A stretch of DNA of 64,000 bases, taken from assembly GCA_029855935.1 (NCBI GenBank), contig JAGSHN010000005.1, positions 32,001 through 96,000 of the forward strand, read 5' to 3'. Positions 9,559-19,333 of the stretch are shown here, piece by piece; within the stretch, counting starts at the first letter, position 1, and the number at the start of each line of letters is the position of its first letter. Below the pieces are notes generated by a model. That model had not been told where the DNA came from. It was given only the letters and a program-made list of their open reading frames with translations, and did not search any database. Source of the stretch: Candidatus Thorarchaeota archaeon (lineage in GTDB: Archaea > Asgardarchaeota > Thorarchaeia > Thorarchaeales > Thorarchaeaceae). The position numbers and the translations under genes were made by a program.

Positions 9559-10644
9559 CTATTCTGGCTCTGATGGGAGAGAATAGAAGCGATTATCAAT
9601 CGTCACAGCACGAACAATGTCACCAACACGTATCGAGGGGTCAAGTAGTTCGGGCTCCACCTCTATGATCTCAAACGTCTGCGAGTCCATCAGATGAGTA
9701 GGCTGGCCATATCCTTGGGAGATCACACTATACTCTCTGCTCTCTGAGGAGGAGGCGAGATACTCTATTGTACGCCACTTGGAGCTCTTTGGGCTCACGC
9801 TGAACCGGGATCTGTCAACGAGGTCGAAGCATCTCAGAACACCATTCCCTATGGACAAGACCTGACAGGGATGGCCAGCAACTGTGATGAAGTCCCCACG
9901 GTGATAGCGAGGAAGACGAAGAAGAATTGTCACACGATATTTCCGTCGGCCAGTCCGATCCTGTGTGATGAGCTTGTAGTTCTCCTTCCTCTCCGCGAGA
10001 AATGTCGACTGTATCTCATCAGCTATCAGGCGCGAGAGATGCTGAGAACCCACGTGAAAGTCAATGCCATGTTTCGTTTCCGCCACCTGTTGTACGAACG
10101 CCTTTGCATCGTGTCCGTGCTCGGAATATGTACGATTCAGCACAATCCCTCGAATCTCATCGATCTCGTCTTGTGTCACTGAGCGGCCGTCCGCACGAAT
10201 CTGCAGTATCGCCTCATGATAGCCGCCACGAGCCAGTGAGCATGTCTGACATGTGCCATACATGACCCGAATCTCAACTGGTACTCGTTCCTCATGTTCC
10301 GGAAGAGCCTCGTGCGACCTTCCGCGTGCTATCACACTCGTCCTCAGTGTGCTATCGAGATGCGAGTCTATCTCCAGTCCGAGCGTGACGCTCGAATTGA
10401 GAACAGAGACGCTGCGGGCCAGCAGTATCTGGAGCTGGCGGTCAAGACGTTCGGAGTCGGTCTTTGGAGGAGGAACGAGTTGTTGCCAGCCACCCGGTAT
10501 CTTGACGGCACCACAATGCCGACAGACCGTGATGACGAGCCGAGGGTCGACTGCCAAGAGAGGGTGCGCATCATTGTAGCAACTGGCGCACAGGCCACCA
10601 ACAACTGCTTCGGCTCCACACACATAGCAAGGGACTGGCATCAT
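9559..10644 (-). CDS. nmd3: NMD3 family ribosome biogenesis protein
   Basis: Four CxxC pairs, GYHEAILQIRA, RKYRVTILLRLP, C-terminal eIF5A-like OB region. Confidence 0.9.
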   Translation of the reverse strand: MMPVPCYVCGAEAVVGGLCASCYNDAHPLLAVDPRLVITVCRHCGAVKIPGGWQQLVPPPKTDSERLDRQLQILLARSVSVLNSSVTLGLEIDSHLDSTLRTSVIARGRSHEALPEHEERVPVEIRVMYGTCQTCSLARGGYHEAILQIRADGRSVTQDEIDEIRGIVLNRTYSEHGHDAKAFVQQVAETKHGIDFHVGSQHLSRLIADEIQSTFLAERKENYKLITQDRTGRRKYRVTILLRLPRYHRGDFITVAGHPCQVLSIGNGVLRCFDLVDRSRFSVSPKSSKWRTIEYLASSSESREYSVISQGYGQPTHLMDSQTFEIIEVEPELLDPSIRVGDIVRAVTIDNRFYSLPSEPE

Positions 10645-10775
10645 CCGTTCAGGATTGATTCGTGCCGCAGGGGCTTAAAATGTCTATGAAGTGGGCGAAC
10701 ATAGTCTGATACAGCAGCCCGATGGGAGGGAACCTAATCGTAGAACCTATTTGTGAGGATGAGCAAGCCGAAGTC

Positions 10776-11231
10776 ATGCCACGCAAGAAGCGCTGGAGAA
10801 GAGTTTTTCGTGAGCCGACCGTGTCAGTGTTCAAACCTGCGGGAGTTCCCGCCAAGGAACTAGAGGAGATACTCCTAGCGGTCGACGAATTTGAGGCACT
10901 GCGGCTTGCGGACTATGAGGGCATGAATCAGAGAGATGCGAGCGAGATCATGGGAGTGAGCCAGCCTACGTTCCACAGGATTCTCTCCTCAGCCAGGCAC
11001 AAGGTGGCCAAGGGACTGGTCGAGGGCCAGGTGATACGGATAGAGGGGGGCAGGTATATTCTGGCAGATGGCAGCGGAGTATTGGTCTGTCAGGACTGTG
11101 GCCAGGAGATAGATCCCAAAGAGCTGGAGAAGACCGAGACCTGCCCACGTTGTGGTTCAAGGCATATCAGATGGCTTCGCTGGGGGGAGCATCGTGATCG
11201 GCACGGGGCGACGGGTCATCACGGTGGGTGA
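10776..11231 (+). CDS. DUF134 (UPF0251) HTH protein with C-terminal Zn ribbon
   Basis: MPRKKRWRRV...FKPAG...EFEALRLADYEG...MGVSQPTFHRIL..AR.KVA; CQDCG...CPRCG. Confidence 0.85.
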   Translation: MPRKKRWRRVFREPTVSVFKPAGVPAKELEEILLAVDEFEALRLADYEGMNQRDASEIMGVSQPTFHRILSSARHKVAKGLVEGQVIRIEGGRYILADGSGVLVCQDCGQEIDPKELEKTETCPRCGSRHIRWLRWGEHRDRHGATGHHGG

Positions 11232-11388
11232 GCGAGCTACCGAGACTGTCAGAATGAAGCGGGCAGGCTAGAACTCTCGAGGCGCAATCCACTGAGGCGA
11301 AGCACCTTGACGGAGGGCTGGTATATGTTGCTGGCGACAGGGCGTACGCCAAGTGTGTGGCCGTGACATGGAGTAGTCACTACTGGGA

Positions 11389-11688
11389 CTAGAGACGTAC
11401 CCATTGAGCATGAGGATGCCCATCGATGTAGAGCACTGCAGACTCGTGGACGATTCCTGCCTCAATCGCAGCTCTGACAGTGACCTCGCCTATCATGTTG
11501 ACAATGGTGGCCTGTTTGATATGCTCCAGGCAGGTGGAGAGATCCACGAGGTCACCACCGTAGAACTCTTCGCTCACTGTAAAAGTGATGTCACCATGCT
11601 CAAGCGTCTTTCCCAAGAGCTCCTTGTCGCATACTGCGACAACATAGTGCTCGATTGTCTTTCGCACACGCATGTATACCGAGTTCAT
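11389..11688 (-). CDS. DUF424 family protein
   Basis: VVAVCDKELLGK...VSEEFYGG...ATIVNMIG...GHPHAQ. Confidence 0.85.
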   Translation of the reverse strand: MNSVYMRVRKTIEHYVVAVCDKELLGKTLEHGDITFTVSEEFYGGDLVDLSTCLEHIKQATIVNMIGEVTVRAAIEAGIVHESAVLYIDGHPHAQWVRL

Positions 11689-11712
11689 ACAACACCCTCT
11701 TCTACTCGGGAC

Positions 11713-12126
11713 TCACACAGGGCGAATGGCGGTCCTTGCACCACAGGCTGAACAGTGGAGGTAGTAGGCGTTCCCCTCCTTGACTATTGTGGTGTCAGGT
11801 CGCGTACAGACAGGGCAGATGACATACGAGTCGATGTATCGATTGAGCGCCTCCTCAACCGTTTCGGCCGTGAACTTACCATTGAACACTGCAGTACTAC
11901 CCTCAAAGTTTCCAGCAGTGGCAAGTTGTCCAGCGATAAACTTGAGAACCTCCTTGCCCGGGCGGTTTAGAACATTTAGTATCTCCTGAAAGTTCTGCCA
12001 AATGGTGCGATTGCCCTGGATCATTAGCTGCACTCGTGGGACCTTGAATCGCTCACCCGACCTCTTGAAGGCATCCTCCGGAATCTGTGATCGCGCCCGT
12101 TCCAAGAGCTTCTCGTATTCGTCCAT
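11713..12126 (-). CDS. eif2b: Translation initiation factor aIF-2 beta
   Basis: MDEYEKLLERA...ERFKVP, YVICPVCTRPDT, CSACGA. Confidence 0.95.
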   Translation of the reverse strand: MDEYEKLLERARSQIPEDAFKRSGERFKVPRVQLMIQGNRTIWQNFQEILNVLNRPGKEVLKFIAGQLATAGNFEGSTAVFNGKFTAETVEEALNRYIDSYVICPVCTRPDTTIVKEGNAYYLHCSACGARTAIRPV

Positions 12127-12199
12127 ACCGACTGACGGACCATGACCTCTATTGAACCTTGCGACACAGCCATTCAGCAACTGAACGTCGCTGGGTCAA

Positions 12200-12910
12200 C
12201 TACTCGCACCTGTAGACGCCGATGGGGTCCTCAATTATCGCACCATCATCAAGCAGATCCAGTATCTTCAGAGTGATGTCATTCTTGTCGAAGCCCTTCT
12301 CGACAAAGTAGGCGATGATCTCATCGTTGGGTACTGGCCCGCCACTCGAACGGATGAATTCCAGTATCTGCTTGACAAGAGGGCCAGTCATGCCCGAGGA
12401 GCCCTTGGGCGAAGGGGCAGAAGACACCGACTCTTCAGCCGAGGGTGGAGATGCAACAACGAGAGGTGGGCCCTCAACACCTCCCTCGGGCTCCGCGGGC
12501 TCGATACCAGTGAGACCGCTGCGCTCCAAGATTGTCCGCAGCCTCTCTAGCTTGTGTAGAGTAAGATAGTTGGAGTTGGGAATGTCTCGGATAATCTCCG
12601 GCACGATATAGCGCTCCCCCTCGTACTCACGGACACGCCCCACTACAAGAGCAAGACTGTATAGGTTCACTTGGGACAGCATCTCGGCCTCTGCTCCCCA
12701 GCCCTTGACTCGAATCGTTCCTGTGCCATCATCAAGCGTGAGGGTTGCATATTCACTGGAAGAGTAGTTGCCCACTACGAACCCGATCAATACGGCTCTC
12801 CGAATCTCTACACCATAGGGCGACACCACGCGAGGGCTGTCCTCCTCAGAGTATTTCCCGTGGATTATATCTGATATGTCGCAGCGGATGGCGGTCATTC
12901 GTCTTCTCAT
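12200..12910 (-). CDS. RPA32/RPA2-like ssDNA-binding protein (OB fold, linker, winged helix)
   Basis: LDDGTGTIRVK, VVGRVREYEGERYI, a P/S/G-rich linker and a C-terminal wHTH-like segment ending GVYR. Confidence 0.75.
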   Translation of the reverse strand: MRRRMTAIRCDISDIIHGKYSEEDSPRVVSPYGVEIRRAVLIGFVVGNYSSSEYATLTLDDGTGTIRVKGWGAEAEMLSQVNLYSLALVVGRVREYEGERYIVPEIIRDIPNSNYLTLHKLERLRTILERSGLTGIEPAEPEGGVEGPPLVVASPPSAEESVSSAPSPKGSSGMTGPLVKQILEFIRSSGGPVPNDEIIAYFVEKGFDKNDITLKILDLLDDGAIIEDPIGVYRCE

Positions 12911-13007
12911 AGATCAGCACACCACATCGGATCGGAGCTCGTAGACCGAGTCACGTCCACACTCTCGTAGTTCGGCCCAGTTAAAAAACTTCGACATGGT
13001 GGCGCCC

Positions 13008-14042
13008 CTAGAAGAAGTCGGTCAGCGAGCTCTGTGCGCCGGACTCTGCCAGTTCCTGTAGTTTCTTCTCAAGGCGTTCAAGAGCAGACTGTACACGATT
13101 CTCACTAAAGTCGTGCTCCTGGCACAGAATCTTGAATATCTCAGTATCGTTAGGCGGATGCCAGTCCAGCTTTGGGACATCGGCCTCTGGAGGATCCAAG
13201 AATATCCTACGGATCTCCTGATACGGAAACTCCAACTTGATGCCCTTCTCCCGTTCAATCGTTTCAAGATTGCCGTACTGCTTTATGAGCTTCAATGCCG
13301 TCTTGGGACCAATTCCAGGCACTCGGTCGTTGTAGTCAGTCCCCACCAAGATGGCAATATCGACCAACTGCTCGCGTGTGATCCCCAGCGCACGAAGGTT
13401 AGACTCGAGCTCGATGAGTTCTGGGTATATCACCTTGTAGCTCTTCGAACGTCCAGACCGTCTTCGTCCTGTGATTGACAGGTTGCGGACCATTCGGGGA
13501 CAGTTGTAGAGTAGAGAGTCATTGTCTTGGCTCGCGCTCGCCCACGCTACACCCGCACGTGTCATCTGAGCAGCCAGTGCCTCGCCCTCCGAGGGGGCCT
13601 GGACAACGGGTATGCCCATTGCCGTGAGAAGACTCTTGCTCTCTTCGATCATCTCAGCCGACAGGCGCGAACTGGCCCGGGCCGCCTTTCTTGCGTCCTC
13701 CATACGCCCCTCCTCAAGAGCACGTCTCCACTCCTGTCGAGCCTCCTCTCTGATCTTGCGACGACGTTCCTTCTCAGGTTCCTTCAGCACTGGGGACTCT
13801 CCATCAAATACGTACACAGGTCGAATACCGTGTTCGAGAAAGTTGAGATTGCGATAGAACAGGCCCGACAGATGACTAGTGACGCGACCCTGCCGGTCCA
13901 TCAACGGGGTCCCATCGGGTTGGCGGATTGTTGACAGGAACTGGTACAACGTGTTGAATGCGTCCACTGCAATTACCCGGTCCCGCAGGTCCTCGAGAGA
14001 GATTGTCTGAGCCGTGATTATGTCGCCCAGCTTTGTTCCCAA
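13008..14042 (-). CDS. fen: Flap endonuclease 1
   Basis: DAFNTLYQFLSTIRQ, APSEGEA, SQDNDSLL, GTDYN..PGIGPKTA, C-terminal PIP box QSSLTDFF. Confidence 0.97.
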   Translation of the reverse strand: MGTKLGDIITAQTISLEDLRDRVIAVDAFNTLYQFLSTIRQPDGTPLMDRQGRVTSHLSGLFYRNLNFLEHGIRPVYVFDGESPVLKEPEKERRRKIREEARQEWRRALEEGRMEDARKAARASSRLSAEMIEESKSLLTAMGIPVVQAPSEGEALAAQMTRAGVAWASASQDNDSLLYNCPRMVRNLSITGRRRSGRSKSYKVIYPELIELESNLRALGITREQLVDIAILVGTDYNDRVPGIGPKTALKLIKQYGNLETIEREKGIKLEFPYQEIRRIFLDPPEADVPKLDWHPPNDTEIFKILCQEHDFSENRVQSALERLEKKLQELAESGAQSSLTDFF

Positions 14043-14206
14043 AGTATCAGCCCCTTGGCCTGATGATGCACGACCGTGTCTACGGCGGTGTTCCCAGCAG
14101 TAGACAGTCGGTCAGATTCCGCATCCTTCGGTATGCTTATAAGATTCACACTTAGTGGGGGCCAAGACTCTCAGAAAAAGACACCCCTGGTGAGTATTTG
14201 TTGTCG

Positions 14207-14374
14207 ATGCGCGCAATCCGATGTACGTCCTGTCACAGGTCGATATCGCCTCAGGAGGACAGTGTCAAGTTCGAGTGCCCCAACTGCGGAGCCTTCACAA
14301 TAAGAAGATGTGAAACATGCCGCAAGTTCTCTGTCAAGTACAAGTGTCCAAACTGCGGATTTGAGGGGCCATAG
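14207..14374 (+). CDS. Small double Zn-ribbon protein (DUF1610/HVO_2753-like), 55 aa; not in the ORF track
   Basis: Manual translation [55 protein letters not shown]. Typical position upstream of EF-1beta. Confidence 0.9.
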   Translation: MRAIRCTSCHRSISPQEDSVKFECPNCGAFTIRRCETCRKFSVKYKCPNCGFEGP

Positions 14375-14420
14375 TGAGAATGAGATAGTCAGAGTCGATT
14401 CAAGATTGGAGTGAGGATAG

Positions 14421-14687
14421 ATGGCCAGAGTTGTAATGACGCTCAGGATAATGCCCGAGGATGTCGATGTGGACTTGGAGGCGCTACTGGAGGAGATTAG
14501 GAGGAGGATGCCGGAAGGAACCGATGTCCGTGCGACAGAGATAGTGCCAGTCGCCTTTGGTCTCAAGGCTCTACGGATGAATGTTGCAAGGGAAGAGTCT
14601 ATGGGAGGTCCAGATGACATAGAAGCCGCAATCTCGGTCATCAAGGGCGTGGGGCAGATAGAAGTCGAGAGAGTCTCTCGAATGTAG
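14421..14687 (+). CDS. ef1b: Elongation factor aEF-1 beta
   Basis: LRIMPEDVDVDLE...PVAFGLKAL...IKGVGQIEVERVSR. Confidence 0.93.
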   Translation: MARVVMTLRIMPEDVDVDLEALLEEIRRRMPEGTDVRATEIVPVAFGLKALRMNVAREESMGGPDDIEAAISVIKGVGQIEVERVSRM

Positions 14688-14900
14688 GCTGTAGTCTGGG
14701 CAGACCAAATCATATCTCAGTGCTTATATTCGAAGACAGCGTAGGAGAGAACAGGGTCGGGCCGCAGTGTGGGCTTGACTGTCAACAGAGGTAGACTAAT
14801 TAGATAACGTTGTGGCGACAGTGATGGTCAATGATAGCAATTGGGACGGTCAATCCTGCTTCTCAAGAAACATCAACATGCCGGAGGATGCGTATAGGCC

Positions 14901-17099
14901 GTGGTTGAGATTGTACTGAAGGTCGCAGAGGCCGAACACAGAGACATTGGACGCTTCATAGTAAGGATAGATGCCATCTCCATGGAGAAGCTCGGGATCA
15001 GGACAGGAGACATCATTCAGATCAAGGGAAAGAAGACGACCGCGGCCATTGCATGGCCAGCCTACCAAGGTGACAAGGGTCGTGAGATAATAAGGATGGA
15101 TGGCAGAATCCGGCGGAATGCTGGTGTCAGCCTTGGTGACAAGGTCGTTGTTTCCAGAGCCAATGAGGAGCCTGCACGCAGTGTGACACTGGCGCCAACA
15201 TCTGTTCCGATACGACCGGAGCCACGTTTCGAGGAATTCGTGAAGAGGAAGCTGCTGAACTGTCCCGTCACCGTCGGAGATACTGTATATATTCCAATCT
15301 TGGGTAGGGCCATTCCATTCAAAGTGACAGAGGTAAAACCCAGTGGCACGGTCCTCGTTCAGCACTCGACAATGTTGACGATTGCAGAGAAGCCCACAGG
15401 GGAAACGACAACAGCTGCGCAGGTGACATACGAGGAGATTGGTGGACTCGATGAGGCCATCCAGCGAATCAGGGAGATGGTCGAACTCCCGATGAGGCAT
15501 CCGGAGATCTTCAAGAGGCTAGGAATAGACCCGCCACGAGGCCTCATTCTGCACGGTCCCCCGGGCACTGGCAAGACACTACTTGCCAAGGCGGTTGCAA
15601 GCGAGTCCGAGGCCAACTTCATCCACATCAACGGGCCCGAGATAATGTCCAAGTTCTATGGTGAGTCGGAGCAGAAGTTGAGGAAGATCTTCGAGGAGGC
15701 AGAGGAGAACGCACCGAGCATCATATTCATCGATGAACTCGATGCCATCGCCCCGAAGCGCGAAGATGTGCAGGGAGAGGTGGAGCGACGCGTAGTTGCT
15801 CAGCTGCTCGCCACAATGGACGGTCTCAAGTCACGAGGACAGGTCGTGGTGATAGGCGCTACCAACAGAATCAATGCTCTCGATCCTGCGCTCAGACGAC
15901 CAGGACGCTTCGACCGCGAGATTGAGATAGGAGTACCCGACGAAACCGGTCGACTGGAGATTCTGCAGATCCACTCGAGGGGGATGCCACTGACCAAGGA
16001 GGGCCCCAAGAAGGTCGATCTCAATCACCTTGCGAAGATCACTCACGGATTTGTGGGAGCTGACCTGCAGGCGCTGTGCCGTGAGGCAGCTATGAAGGCT
16101 CTGCGAAGATACCTTCCCGAGATGGACCTCGACCAAGAGGAGATACCCCAGGAAGTACTGGACAAGATGGAGGTGAATGCAGAAGACTTTCAGAATGCCC
16201 TCCGCGAGATACAACCATCTGCAGTACGAGAGGTGTTCATAGAGGTCCCGAATGTCCACTGGGATGACATCGGGGGACTTGAGGATGTCAAACAGCAACT
16301 GATAGAGGTCGTCGAATGGCCTCTAAAGAAGCCCGAGGCGTTCAAACGCATTGGGATAACCCCGCCAAAGGGAGTTCTCATCTTTGGTCCGCCGGGTTGC
16401 GGTAAGACCCTACTGGCCAAGGCGGTGGCCACAGAGAGCGAGGCCAACTTCATCAGTGTCAAGGGTCCAGAACTGCTGTCCAAGTGGGTTGGAGAGAGCG
16501 AGAAGGCAGTCCGAGAGATCTTCCGGAAAGCGAGAACCGCAGCACCCGCAGTGATATTCTTTGATGAGATTGATGCGATTGCACCGACCAGAGGCGGACG
16601 CGCTGGCGACAGTCATGTCACTGAACGGGTCATAAGTCAGATTCTCACCGAGATGGATGGCCTTGAGGCGATGAAGGACGTTCTTGTTCTCGCCGCCACC
16701 AACAGGCCTGACCTTGTCGACCCCGCACTACTGCGGACGGGACGCTTTGACAGGCTCGTATATGTTGGAGTCCCAGACGCACAGGGGCGCAGGGAGATTT
16801 TCAAGATATATACCGCCAACATGCCTCTGGATGACGACGTCGATATGGATAGGCTTGTTGCGGAAACAGAGCTCTTTGTCGGCGGAGACATAGAGGCGCT
16901 CTGCCGAGAGGCGGGAATGCGTGCACTGCGGGAGGACATGAATATCGAGAAGGTCTCGTGGCGGCACTTCGAGGCGGCGCTGAAGGTAATCCACTCGTCC
17001 GTCAGACCACAGGACCTAGAGCGCTATGAGCGGATGAACGAAGAGCTCAGGAAATCCGCCGTCGCTAGTACGACGGCTGAGCCCCCAGCCTACATCTAG
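14901..17099 (+). CDS. cdc48: Cdc48/p97/VAT AAA+ ATPase
   Basis: N domain plus two AAA modules ([28 protein letters not shown]). Ends in an HbYX-like AYI. Confidence 0.97.
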   Translation: MVEIVLKVAEAEHRDIGRFIVRIDAISMEKLGIRTGDIIQIKGKKTTAAIAWPAYQGDKGREIIRMDGRIRRNAGVSLGDKVVVSRANEEPARSVTLAPTSVPIRPEPRFEEFVKRKLLNCPVTVGDTVYIPILGRAIPFKVTEVKPSGTVLVQHSTMLTIAEKPTGETTTAAQVTYEEIGGLDEAIQRIREMVELPMRHPEIFKRLGIDPPRGLILHGPPGTGKTLLAKAVASESEANFIHINGPEIMSKFYGESEQKLRKIFEEAEENAPSIIFIDELDAIAPKREDVQGEVERRVVAQLLATMDGLKSRGQVVVIGATNRINALDPALRRPGRFDREIEIGVPDETGRLEILQIHSRGMPLTKEGPKKVDLNHLAKITHGFVGADLQALCREAAMKALRRYLPEMDLDQEEIPQEVLDKMEVNAEDFQNALREIQPSAVREVFIEVPNVHWDDIGGLEDVKQQLIEVVEWPLKKPEAFKRIGITPPKGVLIFGPPGCGKTLLAKAVATESEANFISVKGPELLSKWVGESEKAVREIFRKARTAAPAVIFFDEIDAIAPTRGGRAGDSHVTERVISQILTEMDGLEAMKDVLVLAATNRPDLVDPALLRTGRFDRLVYVGVPDAQGRREIFKIYTANMPLDDDVDMDRLVAETELFVGGDIEALCREAGMRALREDMNIEKVSWRHFEAALKVIHSSVRPQDLERYERMNEELRKSAVASTTAEPPAYI

Positions 17100-17122
17100 T
17101 AAAGTACAGGAGGACGAGAACA

Positions 17123-17383
17123 GTGATAGCGTGGAATGTACTCCCTCTTAGAACCGTCATAATGAATATTCTGAGAAAGCGACGCGGCGTCATGCTTGAT
17201 GACGAGCTGGAGAGGGCCATCAAGAAGGAGATTGGGCGTCATCCAACAGATGCGGAACTGAACGATGCGCTGATGCAGTTGGAGATCAACGGCCTGATCC
17301 ACGTCAGCCAGATCACCAAGACCAAACGGAGAATCGAGATGATAGAAGAGGGAACTGAATTTCTCGCCGTCGATGAGGACTGA
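17123..17383 (+). CDS. Small winged-helix protein of unknown function
   Basis: ELNDALMQLEINGLIHV wHTH pattern; tightly packed between cdc48 and ribL. Confidence 0.65.
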   Translation: MIAWNVLPLRTVIMNILRKRRGVMLDDELERAIKKEIGRHPTDAELNDALMQLEINGLIHVSQITKTKRRIEMIEEGTEFLAVDED

Positions 17384-17418
17384 GCTAGCTGGCTATTAGC
17401 AGATGAAGGTCGCATCCA

Positions 17419-17880
17419 ATGGCAGGGAAGAGAGTACTGGCAGCAGGCAAGTTTGACATCCTTCACCTTGGACATATCGCATATCTTGAGCAGGCAAGAG
17501 AGCTTGCAGGGGAGGATGGCGAACTAATAGTGGTGGTGGCCCGTGACACGACAATCCTCCGAGAGAGAGGCGCCCCGCCAGTCTTCCCACAGGAGCAGCG
17601 AAGACGCATAATAGCGTCGCTCAAGATGGTCGACGAGGCCGTGATAGGCTATGATACGACAGACCGCACAAAGATAGTGGCCGACTACCAACCCGACATA
17701 ATTGCGCTGGGCTATGATCAGGAGATAGATATAGAACAACTCTCCCTCGAGCTCGAACGACGGGGCCTGAGGACCAAGATTGTAAGACTTGAGCGCAAGG
17801 ATGCAGACGGCCTCTCTTCATCGACCACTATTAGAAGACGCATCATAGAGTACTACAAGAATAACGGCACCGTCAGATAG
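17419..17880 (+). CDS. ribL: FAD synthase (cytidylyltransferase family)
   Basis: AGKFDILHLGH, VVVARD, PDIIALGYDQ, SSTTI. Confidence 0.8.
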   Translation: MAGKRVLAAGKFDILHLGHIAYLEQARELAGEDGELIVVVARDTTILRERGAPPVFPQEQRRRIIASLKMVDEAVIGYDTTDRTKIVADYQPDIIALGYDQEIDIEQLSLELERRGLRTKIVRLERKDADGLSSSTTIRRRIIEYYKNNGTVR

Positions 17881-17881
17881 T

Positions 17882-19240
17882 TCATATGACCAGCTCGCCG
17901 CGTTCCTCCGCCTCTCTAATCAGACGAAGTCTCTTCTCTCTTCTCTCAATGGCCTTTTTCCAGAGAACATAAGCGAGCCCGGTGAACCCAATTATGGCGG
18001 TCAGTCCAAAGAGAGAATACCATCCTGGGACAAAGTGGCTGGTAAAGTCAGGTAGCGGGCCCGTGATGAAGTAGGGCCAATTGCAGGCCACCCCTAGCGT
18101 GTACAGCAGTCCGACCACCGTCATCTCTCTCAAATAGCCGGATGCCTGTTCGTCCTTTTTGAACAACAACACTGCAGGACCTAGCCAGAATAGGTACCAT
18201 GGCATCACCCAACGAAATGCAAATAGTGCCCCAGGGAGAAGATATAGATAGAGAGGGACCATCAGCCCGAGCTTCTCTCTGATAGTGGCCTTCGTGAATT
18301 CCTCGCGCTTTGGAAGGTACCGATGAATAGTGAGTAGCATAAAGGCGACATAGATCGTCAGCGGAATGAACCCGGGGGGCCAGAAGTAGTACTGGACGGG
18401 ATCGGTGGTGAAGTCAGGCGTCGCCAGACCAAGTCCCGGGAACAGGGGGTTGACAATGTATGAACTGTACTCGGAGGTGTTGAGAAAGTGATTGACAAGT
18501 GAGCTGAAGTTTACCCCAAGCAACGTCAGTGGGATGACCGTGAGTAACATGGATATGAAGAACCATATGGCTGCAGTTGGAGCCTCGAGGAATAGAATTG
18601 GAAAGAAGACGGCGGGGTAGATCTTCGTCTGAACCGACAGACCCAATGTGAACATCGACTTTCCATACTGTTTCTCCTGACGCAGTACTAGCGACATCAG
18701 AAGTAGACAGTCCACTATCGGTTCCAGCTTTCCGCCCCCGGCAGACATTATGAGCCCATAGATGAAGTAGCCCCCAAAGAATAGTCGAGCCCATCTTGAG
18801 TAGTAGATCTTGTCCCCAAGCAGTATCGCCACTAGAACAAGGTTGAGATTGAAGGTCAATACCAACAGGAAGTTCAGCCATAGTGGTTGAAGGTCGTTCA
18901 CACCCGGGAACAACCACGTGGCGATTGCAAAGAATATGAGACCAAAGACAGGATATTCGTACTTGACATTGCCTAGGTAGCTGGGAAGCACATGCAGGCC
19001 ATCGTTAAACCCCCACTCTGGTGGTAGCGACTCGGCCAGCTCTTGGTCGGTCATATTGTACACGCCAAAGCCGTAGATCCAGAATGCCTCACCGTACATC
19101 TCGTTCCTGTTCCGGTCACGCTGAATCACAATCATGTTGGCAAAGGGAATCGCTACGATAGATATGACAAGACTGAGAACGAGATAACGCCGCATCTCAT
19201 AAATCTTGAAGGAGATAGCACGAAGCATTCGGTGGACCAC
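17882..19240 (-). CDS. Polytopic membrane protein, GT-C (GT87/PIG-M-like) glycosyltransferase candidate
   Basis: About 10 TM segments; loop YEYPVFG, GLSVQTKIYPAVFFP, WVMPWYLFW. Confidence 0.55.
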   Translation of the reverse strand: MVHRMLRAISFKIYEMRRYLVLSLVISIVAIPFANMIVIQRDRNRNEMYGEAFWIYGFGVYNMTDQELAESLPPEWGFNDGLHVLPSYLGNVKYEYPVFGLIFFAIATWLFPGVNDLQPLWLNFLLVLTFNLNLVLVAILLGDKIYYSRWARLFFGGYFIYGLIMSAGGGKLEPIVDCLLLMSLVLRQEKQYGKSMFTLGLSVQTKIYPAVFFPILFLEAPTAAIWFFISMLLTVIPLTLLGVNFSSLVNHFLNTSEYSSYIVNPLFPGLGLATPDFTTDPVQYYFWPPGFIPLTIYVAFMLLTIHRYLPKREEFTKATIREKLGLMVPLYLYLLPGALFAFRWVMPWYLFWLGPAVLLFKKDEQASGYLREMTVVGLLYTLGVACNWPYFITGPLPDFTSHFVPGWYSLFGLTAIIGFTGLAYVLWKKAIERREKRLRLIREAEERGELVI

Positions 19241-19333
19241 CTAGTAGCGTAGCGCCTAGCGCTGTCACAAGGGCCGTGATAATTAAGGTTTCGTAACATA
19301 TGGGCCACAGACATCAGGACCTGACAGCCATTC

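Noticed and set aside
11250-11300. Possible C/D box sRNA (ATGAAG...CTGA)
   Set aside because: Box C is degenerate and there is no convincing D'/C' pair.
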